Notes: generated by a model from the sequence alone, not told the origin. 55,849 bases of DNA from Candidatus Thalassarchaeaceae archaeon (GCA_034399535.1 DASCSS010000025.1:1-55849), one strand, 5' to 3'. Numbered from the stretch's first letter, positions 18,855-27,723 are shown. Translations and numbers: made by a program.

Positions 18855-19820
18855 TCAGAGACCGCTTTCCTTCAGTAGATCCAGGGCCTTTTTCTGTGGC
18901 TTGGTAAGTTTTTCTGGTTCGGACAGTGTGAATTCGATGTCTAGAGGTCCACCGGAATGACCGTGTCCATTCAGACGGCGCCTGTCTCCTATCCTTGTTC
19001 CCTCTGGGATTTCCACTTGTACCCTCTTGCCTGCGGGGGTGGTTATCCTTACTTTACCCCCAAGAACAAGGGTGGTGTATGGAATTCTAACCTCTTGGAC
19101 AAGTCTTCCATCTTCCCAACGCCTTCCTTCCTCTGCATCTAGCCTAACGGTAATCAACAAGTCTCCTGAGTCCCCTTCTGGGTGCTCGTGACCCATTCCC
19201 TTGAGTCGGAGAAGATGTCCATGCTCGGCATCAGGAGGGACTTTCACAGTGAGTGTGCTTCCTTTCGTCTGTACTCCCGTTCCATTGCACGATAAGCAGC
19301 TCCTAGATGTGCCAAAACTGGAGCCGTTGCACTTGGAACATTTCCTCATTCTACGATGACTGAACTTGACCTCGGCCCCTGAGACAGCTTGTTCGAGTGT
19401 GATGTCTAGACCAGCCGCAATATCAGCCCCCTTGGCCCTCTCTCGAGAAACTGCCCTAGAACCGACCCTCTGATCAAATGAGGAGGTAGTCCTATGTGAC
19501 TGATTACCTCTGCTGCCCATAAATTGGGAGAAGATGTCGCCGATATCGACTCCTCCGAAACCCCCTCCAAAGGGTGAATGGTTGCCTCTCCCCTGGAACA
19601 TTTCCTCCATCCTTTTCCTCTGATCATATTCACTTCTAGATTCAGAGGTCCCTATTGACTCGTAAGCCGATTGGATAGCCTTGAATCGCTCCTCGGCAGC
19701 AGCGTCTCCGGGATTCCTATCTGGATGGTACTGTCGGGCTAGCTTCCTGTAAGACCGCTTTATCTCTGCATCAGAAGCGTCCTTTGAGACCCCCAGCACA
19801 CCATAAGGGTCCTCCGCCAT
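18855..19820 (-). CDS. DnaJ-class chaperone (J domain, G/F region, reduced Zn finger, C-terminal domain)
   Basis: DPYGVLGV...YRKLARQYHPDRNPG; CSKCNG and CLSCNGTG; GDLLITV. Start set to MAEDP. Confidence 0.92.
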   Translation of the reverse strand: MAEDPYGVLGVSKDASDAEIKRSYRKLARQYHPDRNPGDAAAEERFKAIQSAYESIGTSESRSEYDQRKRMEEMFQGRGNHSPFGGGFGGVDIGDIFSQFMGSRGNQSHRTTSSFDQRVGSRAVSRERAKGADIAAGLDITLEQAVSGAEVKFSHRRMRKCSKCNGSSFGTSRSCLSCNGTGVQTKGSTLTVKVPPDAEHGHLLRLKGMGHEHPEGDSGDLLITVRLDAEEGRRWEDGRLVQEVRIPYTTLVLGGKVRITTPAGKRVQVEIPEGTRIGDRRRLNGHGHSGGPLDIEFTLSEPEKLTKPQKKALDLLKESGL

Positions 19821-19909
19821 TGGTCCTCTCTGGACGAGGCTGGTCTTCAACCTGATGAATTGTAAAGAATGACCGGTGCGCTAATGACTGGTTTCGGATT
19901 GGCCGTCTT

Positions 19910-20509
19910 ATGGGAGTGGGATGGGCAGTATTCAGGAATTACGTTGGTCACGCGAAAGAAATCTACGGGGACATTACAGACTATCCCCGCTTCTTCTTGA
20001 TGCCGCCCTCGGCGTTGGTTGAGGCCGACGAAGAAGGAAGCAATGTCGTCACGCTATTGGCACCCGAAGAACACATAGATTACGAGGTTGAAATGGTGAT
20101 ACGCCTTGGTGACAATCTCGAACCAGCCCAAATGTGCGTAGGGATTGACACTACCAACCGGACTCGGCAATCACTAGCTAAGGAAAAGGGATGGCCTTGG
20201 CTTGAAGGAAAGGGTTTCAAGGGTTCAGGAGTTCTTGGAACTTGGGTAGATTGGGATCCTAGACATGTGGAAATTGGCCTGTCCTTAAATGGAGAGAAGA
20301 GGCAAGAGTCTTCTACTGAACTAATGGTGCACTCTGTAGACTCGATCCTTGGATTCCTGAGAGGTTGGTATGATCTTACTCCAGGAGATCTAGTCTGGAC
20401 TGGAACCCCCGAGGGAGTAGGTCCGATGCACTTGGGAGACTCGATAGAAGCCTGGATGAAGAACTCTGATGGAGAGACCGTGAGCATCCTAAAGGCTGTC
20501 TGCAAATAG
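19910..20509 (+). CDS. Fumarylacetoacetate hydrolase family protein
   Basis: RNY..HAKE, DYEVE, D.T.R..Q...K..G.PW..GK.F, LTPGDLVWTGTPEGVG. Confidence 0.92.
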   Translation: MGVGWAVFRNYVGHAKEIYGDITDYPRFFLMPPSALVEADEEGSNVVTLLAPEEHIDYEVEMVIRLGDNLEPAQMCVGIDTTNRTRQSLAKEKGWPWLEGKGFKGSGVLGTWVDWDPRHVEIGLSLNGEKRQESSTELMVHSVDSILGFLRGWYDLTPGDLVWTGTPEGVGPMHLGDSIEAWMKNSDGETVSILKAVCK

Positions 20510-20540
20510 GAAAAACATTGAGGTTCGCGGCCTGAGGAGC

Positions 20541-21800
20541 ATGTACATGGACATCGGGACCAGGAGGATCGATAGCGCTTGGTTGATCGATGATCAAGGA
20601 ATTGTTAGGCGTGGAGATTTCCTGCTGCACCAAGACGGTTCATTTTCCGAAAGTAAGGGAGACGAAGACGTTGTCGAGAGCATAGATGGATCTATGCGTC
20701 TAGTCACCCGTTCACTCCAGAATTGGCACACTCATCTCGCAATGGTACTGAACAAGTCATTGGGAGAGGGGCTTCCTTTGATGGAGTGGTTGGAGACCTC
20801 GATATTCCCGGTCGAGAGGGGCCTCACTGAGAAATTTGTAGAGATTGGGACAAGAGCCGCTGCAGCTGAGATGATTGCCACTGGAACCACATTCGCATGT
20901 GATATGTATTACCACCCAGAAATTGTGGGAGGCGTTCTTGCAGAATGTGGCCTTAGGGCGAAGGTGTGCGGGCCCATTACGGACTTCCCCACACCATCAT
21001 ACCCAAAGGGGGCAGGCGAGGCTCTGGCAAATATCGAGAGTTTGCTTTCCAGGGATTCCCCCGAACCAGAAAGGATAGAGTATGGAATCGGGACGCATTC
21101 AGTTTACACCTGCTCTGAAGAGACTCTCCGGAAGGCCTCTGAGATCTCCCAGAAGACAGGTTGCACGTTAAGCATTCATACATCCGAGACCAGGAAAGAG
21201 GTTGCTGACTGTCATTCAGAGCATGGAATGTATCCGATTGAGTACCTCGACTCAATTGACTATTTCACTGACGGAACCGTTTGTGCTCACTGCGGCTGGG
21301 TCACAAAAAAAGAGATGCGGATACTTGCCAGGAATGGGGCCCATGCGGTCCACTGTCCGACTAGCAACCAGAAACTAGCATGCGGAGGAACCATGTCTTA
21401 TCCTGCCATGAAGGATGCAGGTGTGGACGTTCGCCTTGGTACTGACGGGGCGGCTAGCAACAACTCTCTGGATATGAGGTCGGAGTCAAAGGCAGCGAGT
21501 TTAGTTCAACGCCACGATCACTGGGACGCGAAGATACTGGGACCCGAGGAAACGTGGTCTCTGGCATGCAAGGGCTCTAGTGACTGGGTGACCTGGGATC
21601 TCAATGATGTCAGGATGAGGCCATGGGGAAGAGACGGGAGGCGATTGCTGGCCAACCTCATCTACTCAGGGGGGAGGGTGATGGACGTTCTAGTTGGTGG
21701 AGAGGCACTGCGGAGAGATGGCAGTACCCTTAGCATAGACGAACGGGATGCATCGATAAAGCTCGAAGATGCTGTAAAGGACTACTACGCAGATCTGTAA
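20541..21800 (+). CDS. Amidohydrolase, MTA/SAH deaminase-like
   Basis: NWHTH, GTTFACDMY, HSVYT, HTSET, AHC, HCPTSNQKLA, LGTDGAASNN. Confidence 0.9.
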   Translation: MYMDIGTRRIDSAWLIDDQGIVRRGDFLLHQDGSFSESKGDEDVVESIDGSMRLVTRSLQNWHTHLAMVLNKSLGEGLPLMEWLETSIFPVERGLTEKFVEIGTRAAAAEMIATGTTFACDMYYHPEIVGGVLAECGLRAKVCGPITDFPTPSYPKGAGEALANIESLLSRDSPEPERIEYGIGTHSVYTCSEETLRKASEISQKTGCTLSIHTSETRKEVADCHSEHGMYPIEYLDSIDYFTDGTVCAHCGWVTKKEMRILARNGAHAVHCPTSNQKLACGGTMSYPAMKDAGVDVRLGTDGAASNNSLDMRSESKAASLVQRHDHWDAKILGPEETWSLACKGSSDWVTWDLNDVRMRPWGRDGRRLLANLIYSGGRVMDVLVGGEALRRDGSTLSIDERDASIKLEDAVKDYYADL

Positions 21801-21807
21801 GATAACA

Positions 21808-22932
21808 TCAGGGATGGAACAAGAAGGCTGCTCCTAGAACGGCATATGATCCAAGCAGCATCGCACCCTCTAGCCAATTTGACTTCCCGTCCGATGCTAT
21901 CGAGTTGACAATCATCACTGCGAGGAAGACGGAGACAGTCTCCAGTATTCCGAACTCGAATGTAAGAGGTACTTCTAGTAGCCATGAAAGGGCAACCATC
22001 AGTGGCGCAACGAAGACAGCAATCTGCGTTGAAGAACCCATGGAAATGGCAAAGGAGAGATCCATCTTGTCCTTGGCAGCAACTGAAACTGCCGTGAAAT
22101 GCTCCGCTGCATTGCCAAAAAGCGGTAGGAGGATTACTCCGATGAAGAGATGTGGCAAGCCCAAGTCATCTGCGGCGTACTCTACAGAATGCACGAGTAC
22201 CTCCGCCATCCATGATACCAACACAGTTGCAATGACCAACAGTATTACTGAGTCGCTCTGACTCATCTCTGGTTCCTCATGATGGGTCCCATCTGTTGCG
22301 AAGAGATGGACGTGTGTGCGGAACTGGAAGAACAGGAAGAGCCCGTATATCAGCAAGAGGACAATAGATGCGATGTGGCTTAGGTTTGCTACTCCTGAAT
22401 CACCTTCTTCCCCTCCTACAGTTGAATGGAAGACTGAGGGGGTTACTAGGACAATCATCGAAAGCAGAAGAAGAGATCCATTTGAGCTAACTTGGGTTTC
22501 GGAGAATCTCTGCTCAGTGTAGTGAATCCCCCCCCACACGAAAGCTAGGCCCATTACCAACAGAAGGTTTCCAAGAATGCTACCTATCAAGCTCGCCTGG
22601 ACCAAGTGTATCATCGTAGATTCAGTTTGAGTGCCAGGATACTTTGCTGCCTGCATTATGGCAAGAATAGCAATGATCAACTCTGCGGCGTTTCCGAAGG
22701 TGGCGTTTAACAGACCACCCAGCGACTCCGACGTCCTCAATGCAATCTCCTCTGTTGCCTTCCCCATTAGGAATGCGAGTGGCATAATTGCAACTAGGGA
22801 AGAGAAGAATGCCATGGTGGGATTACTAGAGACATAGTTGAAGTAAACAGTAACGGGAATGGCTAGAAGTAGGACATTTAGCTTATTCTTTCGGGGGTTC
22901 ATGGCCCCAATCCATGTGGTATCGCCGGACAT
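21808..22932 (-). CDS. Ca2+/H+ antiporter (CaCA/Cax family)
   Basis: GGLLNATFGNAAELI, GSILGNLLLV, GNAAEH, GSSTQIA, DGKSNWLEG. Start set to MSGDTT. Confidence 0.94.
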   Translation of the reverse strand: MSGDTTWIGAMNPRKNKLNVLLLAIPVTVYFNYVSSNPTMAFFSSLVAIMPLAFLMGKATEEIALRTSESLGGLLNATFGNAAELIIAILAIMQAAKYPGTQTESTMIHLVQASLIGSILGNLLLVMGLAFVWGGIHYTEQRFSETQVSSNGSLLLLSMIVLVTPSVFHSTVGGEEGDSGVANLSHIASIVLLLIYGLFLFFQFRTHVHLFATDGTHHEEPEMSQSDSVILLVIATVLVSWMAEVLVHSVEYAADDLGLPHLFIGVILLPLFGNAAEHFTAVSVAAKDKMDLSFAISMGSSTQIAVFVAPLMVALSWLLEVPLTFEFGILETVSVFLAVMIVNSIASDGKSNWLEGAMLLGSYAVLGAAFLFHP

Positions 22933-22990
22933 ACTAAGATGACGGCGGCGTCGATAAAAGGTCAATGTTACGCTTTTTCACGCAGCGTTC

Positions 22991-23548
22991 ATGTCATCCG
23001 ATGTCTTCGCTATACTCGTGGAGAACATCCCTAGGTTAGCATTGACTGGAACTCCGGGCACTGGGAAGACAACATCGGCCGAGTTACTCGAAGGGATGGG
23101 GATGTCGGTAGTCACGATGGAGGGTTTGGCTGAACTCCATGGCTGCATTGGAAATGTCGATATCAGAGACAATGCTAGACCAGTAGACATCGATTCACTG
23201 TGCTCACTACTAGTGAAAGAGTGGTCAATCAATCCGGAGTCGCCTTTGGTCGTGGATGGACACCTATCACATCACCTTCCCATTGACGGGATTATACTAC
23301 TGAGATGCTCCCCTGATGTCCTGAGAGAACGACTCGCTAAGAGGGGTTACTCAGAGGAGAAGATTGTGGCAAACTTGGAGTGGGAAATATTGGGGGGTGC
23401 TTGGAATGAAGTGTCGGGAGAAGTCCCAATAGTCGAGATCGATACTTCGGCCATCCCCCCAGAAGGCGTTGTTGGGGCTATTTCGGGTTGGATTTCAGAT
23501 GACTTCAAGCCCTCTGACCCAAGCAGTGCGATAGACTGGGTCGAGTAG
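22991..23548 (+). CDS. AK6/Fap7-type adenylate (NMP) kinase
   Basis: TGTPGTGKTT, VVDGHLSHHL, LRC.P.VL.ERL..RGYSEEKI..N. Confidence 0.9.
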   Translation: MSSDVFAILVENIPRLALTGTPGTGKTTSAELLEGMGMSVVTMEGLAELHGCIGNVDIRDNARPVDIDSLCSLLVKEWSINPESPLVVDGHLSHHLPIDGIILLRCSPDVLRERLAKRGYSEEKIVANLEWEILGGAWNEVSGEVPIVEIDTSAIPPEGVVGAISGWISDDFKPSDPSSAIDWVE

Positions 23549-23552
23549 GAGA

Positions 23553-24239
23553 GTGAGTAGGATGTTTGAGAAGTTGAGAGAAAGGTGGACTAAGATAATT
23601 CATCCCGTGGTACTCAGGCTTGGTGGCCTGGATCCCAGCGTTCTGACTTGGAGTAGCCTCATTCTTGCTATTGCTTCTTTCTACCTGGTGATAATCGCAG
23701 GAGAAGGGACGAATGGCTCACTGGCAATAGTTGGAGCAGTTGTAATAATTCTGATTGCAGGTATCTTGGATGGTCTTGACGGTGCCTTGGCAAGGCATCA
23801 GGGGGTTGATGGTGCCTATGGTGACTTCTTGGATCACACCATTGACAGAATCGTGGATGTCGGTCTCCTGATTGCCATAGGAATGAACTCAACTTTCGTG
23901 GAGGAACCTAGTAGTGGCTATTTGGCCGGTCTTCTTACTCTGCTAGGATCATACATGGGAACTCAAGCACAGTCTGTAGGGCTAGACAGAATCTATGGTG
24001 GTTTCTCCCGTGCGGATAGGATGGTAATCATCCTCGTTTCTCTGCTGTTAGCAGCATGGCAAGCTCACGCAGGAATAGCTGGCGTGGATATCTCAGAGAT
24101 GCACGGTCTGGCAGAGTGGGCAATGTTAGGAAATAGCGAGTTGAATGGGATGACTTTCGCACTGGCCATCTCGGCGTGGGGAGGAGCCTATACCTTCCTA
24201 ATCAGATTCCTCAGAACGAGGAGTGGCCTCCTATCGTAG
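23553..24239 (+). CDS. CDP-alcohol phosphatidyltransferase (archaetidyl-inositol/glycerol phosphate synthase family)
   Basis: Signature DGLDGALAR...GDFLDHTIDRIVD; also SY and G.F.RADR. Confidence 0.92.
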   Translation: MSRMFEKLRERWTKIIHPVVLRLGGLDPSVLTWSSLILAIASFYLVIIAGEGTNGSLAIVGAVVIILIAGILDGLDGALARHQGVDGAYGDFLDHTIDRIVDVGLLIAIGMNSTFVEEPSSGYLAGLLTLLGSYMGTQAQSVGLDRIYGGFSRADRMVIILVSLLLAAWQAHAGIAGVDISEMHGLAEWAMLGNSELNGMTFALAISAWGGAYTFLIRFLRTRSGLLS

Positions 24240-24293
24240 CCGCTTTCCAATCCATCTACGAAAACCCCTCTTGGAGGGTTATCTTCGGGGGCA

Positions 24294-25445
24294 ATGGTTA
24301 TCCTCTCTGCGACTCGCCTGAAAGATGTGAAGCACCTTATTGAAAGGGTTCTCGAATTGCAAGGTGACGAAACGCAGTCACCGACAACGGCAGAAGTCGA
24401 AGATGCCCCGGACCTAGTGAACCTACTGAAATCTCTTCAGCCGAAGATAAGAGTATTCGGTTGCGGTGGGTGTGGATCCAACACTGTTGCAAGACTCGAG
24501 CACGAAGGTTTGTTCGATGGAGAATACGTCAAGGGGATGGCAGTGAATACAGATGCTCAGCACCTGCTGAGAGTCAACGTCGCGAACAAAGTCCTGATTG
24601 GTCGCTCCGCCCGTGGCAGGGGGGCGGGAGGCGACCCTGAGAAAGGGGAACAAGCAGCATACGAGTCAGAACGTGTGTTGAAAACAGAGGTGGAGGAATG
24701 CGACTTAGCATTCATCACCGCGGGTCTCGGCGGCGGTACCGGCACTGGTAGTGCCCACGTCGTCGCCAGGCTCGCAAAGGCCTCAGAAGCGCTGACGATC
24801 GCCGTGGTGAGCTATCCCTTCGTCTCCGAGGGAGCAGTTCGCAGGCAGAATGCAGAATGGGGTTTAGAGAGGCTTAGGGAGGTTTGTGATACCGTAATCG
24901 TTCTTCCCAATGAAAGGCTGTTAGAAGTTGAGGGAGTGCGTGATCTACCACTGGATGCTGCATTCAGGGTTGCTGATGAGCTGCTGATGAGGAGTATTTC
25001 TGGGGTCTCAGAAATGATTGCCAAAGAAGGGGTTGTTAATTTGGATTTCCAGGACTTGAGGTCAGTAATGGAGAATGGTGGAGGAGTAGCAATGATTGGC
25101 CTCGGAGAAGCTTCAGCAGAGGAAGGCGCAGAAAAGGCAACTATGGAGGCGTTGCAATCCCCCCTACTAGACATAGATATCTCGGATGCAAGGGGAGCTT
25201 TGGTGAATGTCGTGGGCGGACCTGGGCTCACCCTTGGCGAAGCCGAACAATGTGCAAAGACAATCAGAGAGAGCATCAATCCCTATGCCCGGATGATTTG
25301 GGGAGTCACTACTGATGAGTCGATGGGTAATGACATAAGGGTGCTTCTGGTTCTAACTGGAGTCAAGAGCGAGCAGATTCACGGGGCAACGCTCCACACT
25401 CAAATGAGGAATCTACGGAACCGGACTGTTGAATTCGTAAGTTAG
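24294..25445 (+). CDS. ftsZ: Cell division protein FtsZ (FtsZ1 locus)
   Basis: GCGGCGSN, NTDAQHL, GAGGDP, tubulin motif GLGGGTGTG, PF..EG..R, NLDFQD; upstream of secE-spt5. Confidence 0.97.
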   Translation: MVILSATRLKDVKHLIERVLELQGDETQSPTTAEVEDAPDLVNLLKSLQPKIRVFGCGGCGSNTVARLEHEGLFDGEYVKGMAVNTDAQHLLRVNVANKVLIGRSARGRGAGGDPEKGEQAAYESERVLKTEVEECDLAFITAGLGGGTGTGSAHVVARLAKASEALTIAVVSYPFVSEGAVRRQNAEWGLERLREVCDTVIVLPNERLLEVEGVRDLPLDAAFRVADELLMRSISGVSEMIAKEGVVNLDFQDLRSVMENGGGVAMIGLGEASAEEGAEKATMEALQSPLLDIDISDARGALVNVVGGPGLTLGEAEQCAKTIRESINPYARMIWGVTTDESMGNDIRVLLVLTGVKSEQIHGATLHTQMRNLRNRTVEFVS

Positions 25446-25483
25446 ACTGTCCGGAGCCTTCCCTAATCGGACTGCCCGTTGTC

Positions 25484-25490
25484 CTTAAAT
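25484..25490 (+). promoter_or_regulatory. Putative TATA box for secE-spt5
   Basis: CTTAAAT in the ftsZ-secE intergenic region, about 40 nt upstream of the secE ATG; an AGGTGG SD lies downstream. Confidence 0.4.
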
Positions 25491-25528
25491 GGGGTCTGTA
25501 GGTCGCCGTGATGCTTCTAGGTGGTAGC

Positions 25529-25792
25529 ATGGCTGTTGAAAATTCAAAGGTAGGCCCGATCGAAGAACTTGCACAGTCATGGCAAGATGAAATAGAGGGC
25601 AGGGTCAAGGGCCTTCAGACGGGGTCCTATGCCAGGATTCTCAAGATGGCAAAGAAGCCATCTAAGCAAGAGTTCAGACAGACGATTGTGGTCTGTGGAA
25701 TTGGCATGTTCGTTCTTGGTGCGATTGGTTTCCTGATCCTAGCACTGATGGTCAACGTGTTCCCGTCATTCTTCGGATGGTTGACTGGGTGA
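25529..25792 (+). CDS. secE: Protein translocase SecE / Sec61-gamma
   Basis: YARILKMAKKPSKQEF...GMFVLGAIGFLI; synteny; ATG after AGGTGG. Confidence 0.94.
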   Translation: MAVENSKVGPIEELAQSWQDEIEGRVKGLQTGSYARILKMAKKPSKQEFRQTIVVCGIGMFVLGAIGFLILALMVNVFPSFFGWLTG

Positions 25793-25801
25793 GGTGAGAT
25801 T

Positions 25802-26668
25802 CTGTCGGAAGCTTTCACGGTGTACATCAGAAGCGGTGAGAAAGTCCTGCTGATGCAAAGGTCCGACGAAGTTGCCGATTTCCCGGGAGCATGGGATGGT
25901 ATCTACGGTATTGGAGAGACCGATGAATTGGAAACCATAGTTTCTAGAGTCACAGAATGCACCGGGATTGCATCTGACAAGCTTGACGTAGTCCGTACGG
26001 GGATGGCGAGGGGGCTCGCCTTCGGAAATAGATTGAATGATGTCACGCCAATTTTGTGCATCACTGAAGAGACCGAAGTGAGTCCCGGGACTCTGTACAA
26101 GAATTCTGAGTGGGTCGATCCGGGGGCAATTCAGACTAAGGAATATTGTACGCCTCAACTAAGAGAAATGTATGGTGACGTGGCTTCTTACCTGTACATA
26201 CTGAAGACTTCAATCGGCCAGGAGCAGAACGTAGCCAATGAGATTCGTGCTAGATTATCTGGAACTGGTTCCCTGAAAGATATTCAAGACAAGATATTCG
26301 GTGTATTGAGCCCTCATTACATGAAGGGTTTCATCTTCATCGAAGCCACGGCAATGCATCATGTACAGAAGTTGATCGGTCGGGTCGGTGTAGGAGTGAC
26401 TCCTCTAAAGAATTGCAGCAAGGTTCTCGACGGTGAGGCCCCGTTGGAAGACGTCCTCCCTTACCTTGAGCCAAAGGCGGCCACTTCAGGGATTGAAGAG
26501 GGTTGCATAGTGGAGATTTCTGGTGGAGCATTCCGTGGGCAGGCTGCAAGGGTTACTCGTGTCGCTGAATCGAAGGAAGAAGTGACGGTGGAACTATTCG
26601 AGGCCGCGGTTCCAGTCGCCCTAACCGTTAGAGCGGACCAAGTGAGGGTTACCCAGAGGGTTGAGTAG
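25802..26668 (+). CDS. spt5: Transcription elongation factor Spt5/NusG with an N-terminal Nudix-like domain
   Basis: NGN domain (YILKTSIGQEQNVA...MKGFIFIEA) and KOW domain (EGCIVEISGGAFRGQAARV...EVTVEL), plus about 128 extra N-terminal residues. Start is CTG 25802 (4 nt after GAGGTGA) or GTG 25820. Confidence 0.92.
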   Translation: MSEAFTVYIRSGEKVLLMQRSDEVADFPGAWDGIYGIGETDELETIVSRVTECTGIASDKLDVVRTGMARGLAFGNRLNDVTPILCITEETEVSPGTLYKNSEWVDPGAIQTKEYCTPQLREMYGDVASYLYILKTSIGQEQNVANEIRARLSGTGSLKDIQDKIFGVLSPHYMKGFIFIEATAMHHVQKLIGRVGVGVTPLKNCSKVLDGEAPLEDVLPYLEPKAATSGIEEGCIVEISGGAFRGQAARVTRVAESKEEVTVELFEAAVPVALTVRADQVRVTQRVE

Positions 26669-26680
26669 GCCAATTAACGG

Positions 26681-26686
26681 TTTTTT
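26681..26686 (+). terminator. Possible oligo-T archaeal terminator after spt5
   Basis: T6 run 13 nt downstream of the spt5 stop. Confidence 0.35.
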
Positions 26687-26748
26687 CAAGTTACATCATC
26701 ATCAAATAGGGAGAGCAGGTCGGCGAGTTCCGGTTAGGAGAGGTTTCC

Positions 26749-27027
26749 ATGTCAGCACGCAATGAGACGCCACACAAGATCTTGCAGACTCTAGGTCAGG
26801 AGAGGTGCAATGGTTCTTGGGAAGCTTCAACAGAGAACCTAACAATTGACCAAGTCAAGAGCGTAGCAGAATCACAGAAGGACCGTTTGACAGGAAAGTC
26901 ACTTTATGCTCGTTGCAGAGAGATTATGGGAACATGTGTAGGAATGCGCGTAAAGGTGGAAGGAATGGAGCCGAAAGAGGCTCTTAAGGCGATGAGCGAG
27001 GGGGCATTTAACGAGCATTTCAGTTAA
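26749..27027 (+). CDS. rpl11: 50S ribosomal protein uL11, C-terminal domain only (92 aa)
   Basis: NLTIDQVKSVAE...L...CREIMGTCVGMRVKVEG..PKE matches the archaeal L11 C-terminus; located between spt5 and rpl1. Confidence 0.88.
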   Translation: MSARNETPHKILQTLGQERCNGSWEASTENLTIDQVKSVAESQKDRLTGKSLYARCREIMGTCVGMRVKVEGMEPKEALKAMSEGAFNEHFS

Positions 27028-27038
27028 AGTTCACGAAT

Positions 27039-27067
27039 TGCGGGAGAGGTGATCCTCGTTGACCGCA
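27039..27067 (+). promoter_or_regulatory. Putative uL1-binding autoregulatory mRNA hairpin
   Basis: TGCGG-GA-GAGG-TGAT-CCTC-GTTGA-CCGCA forms two stems with an asymmetric 2x5 internal loop, immediately before the rpl1 SD (GAGGTGA). Confidence 0.7.
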
Positions 27068-27078
27068 GAGGTGATAAA

Positions 27079-27723
27079 ATGAGAGAAAATCTTCAATCAG
27101 CGATACAAGAGGCAATCGATGGGGCTCCCGAGAGGGGCTTCGTGGAGTCAATCGAGCTATCTTTCACAATCAAGGATGTTGACCTAAAGATTCCCACAAA
27201 CAGGATTCAGGAGGAGGTCAGACTACCCTCAGGAAGGGGGAAACCAGTCCGCATAGCAATGTTCGCAGGTGGAGAGATGGCTTCTAAGGCGAAGGCAGGT
27301 GGAATTGACGTAATCGACCCTGCAACAATTGAAGACCTGGGCGGAAACAGGCAGAGAGCTCGCAAGGTAGCTAAACAATACGATTTCTTCCTCTCTGAAA
27401 TACCCCATATGGGCACTGTTGGGAGGTTCTTAGGAGGAGTACTAGGCCCAAGAGGGAAGATGCCTCGCCCCGTTCCTCCCACTCTTGATCCATCGACACT
27501 GGCAAGTGGGCTGAAGGACACCGCAGTAGTTCGCTCCCGTGACAGAGTCACCTTCCACACAGCGGTAGGTTCGAGGGAACAAGGCATAGATGACTTGACT
27601 TCGAACGCAATTGCAGTCTGGGACAGAGTAACCGGGAAGCTGGAGAGAGGTGCAGGAAACATTCGTTCCTGCTACGTCAAGACTTCGATGGGCCCCTCTG
27701 TGAAGGTTGAGGTGATCATATGA
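27079..27723 (+). CDS. rpl1: 50S ribosomal protein uL1
   Basis: RGFVESIEL, GRFLGGVLGPRGKMP, YVKTSMGPSV. ATG 27079 follows GAGGTGA. Confidence 0.97.
   Translation: MRENLQSAIQEAIDGAPERGFVESIELSFTIKDVDLKIPTNRIQEEVRLPSGRGKPVRIAMFAGGEMASKAKAGGIDVIDPATIEDLGGNRQRARKVAKQYDFFLSEIPHMGTVGRFLGGVLGPRGKMPRPVPPTLDPSTLASGLKDTAVVRSRDRVTFHTAVGSREQGIDDLTSNAIAVWDRVTGKLERGAGNIRSCYVKTSMGPSVKVEVII

Noticed and set aside
26669-26748. Frameshifted remnant of the uL11 N-terminal domain
   Set aside because: 80 nt is too short for a ~65-aa domain, no frame shows the PGPP motif, and the region looks like a terminator, promoter and SD.
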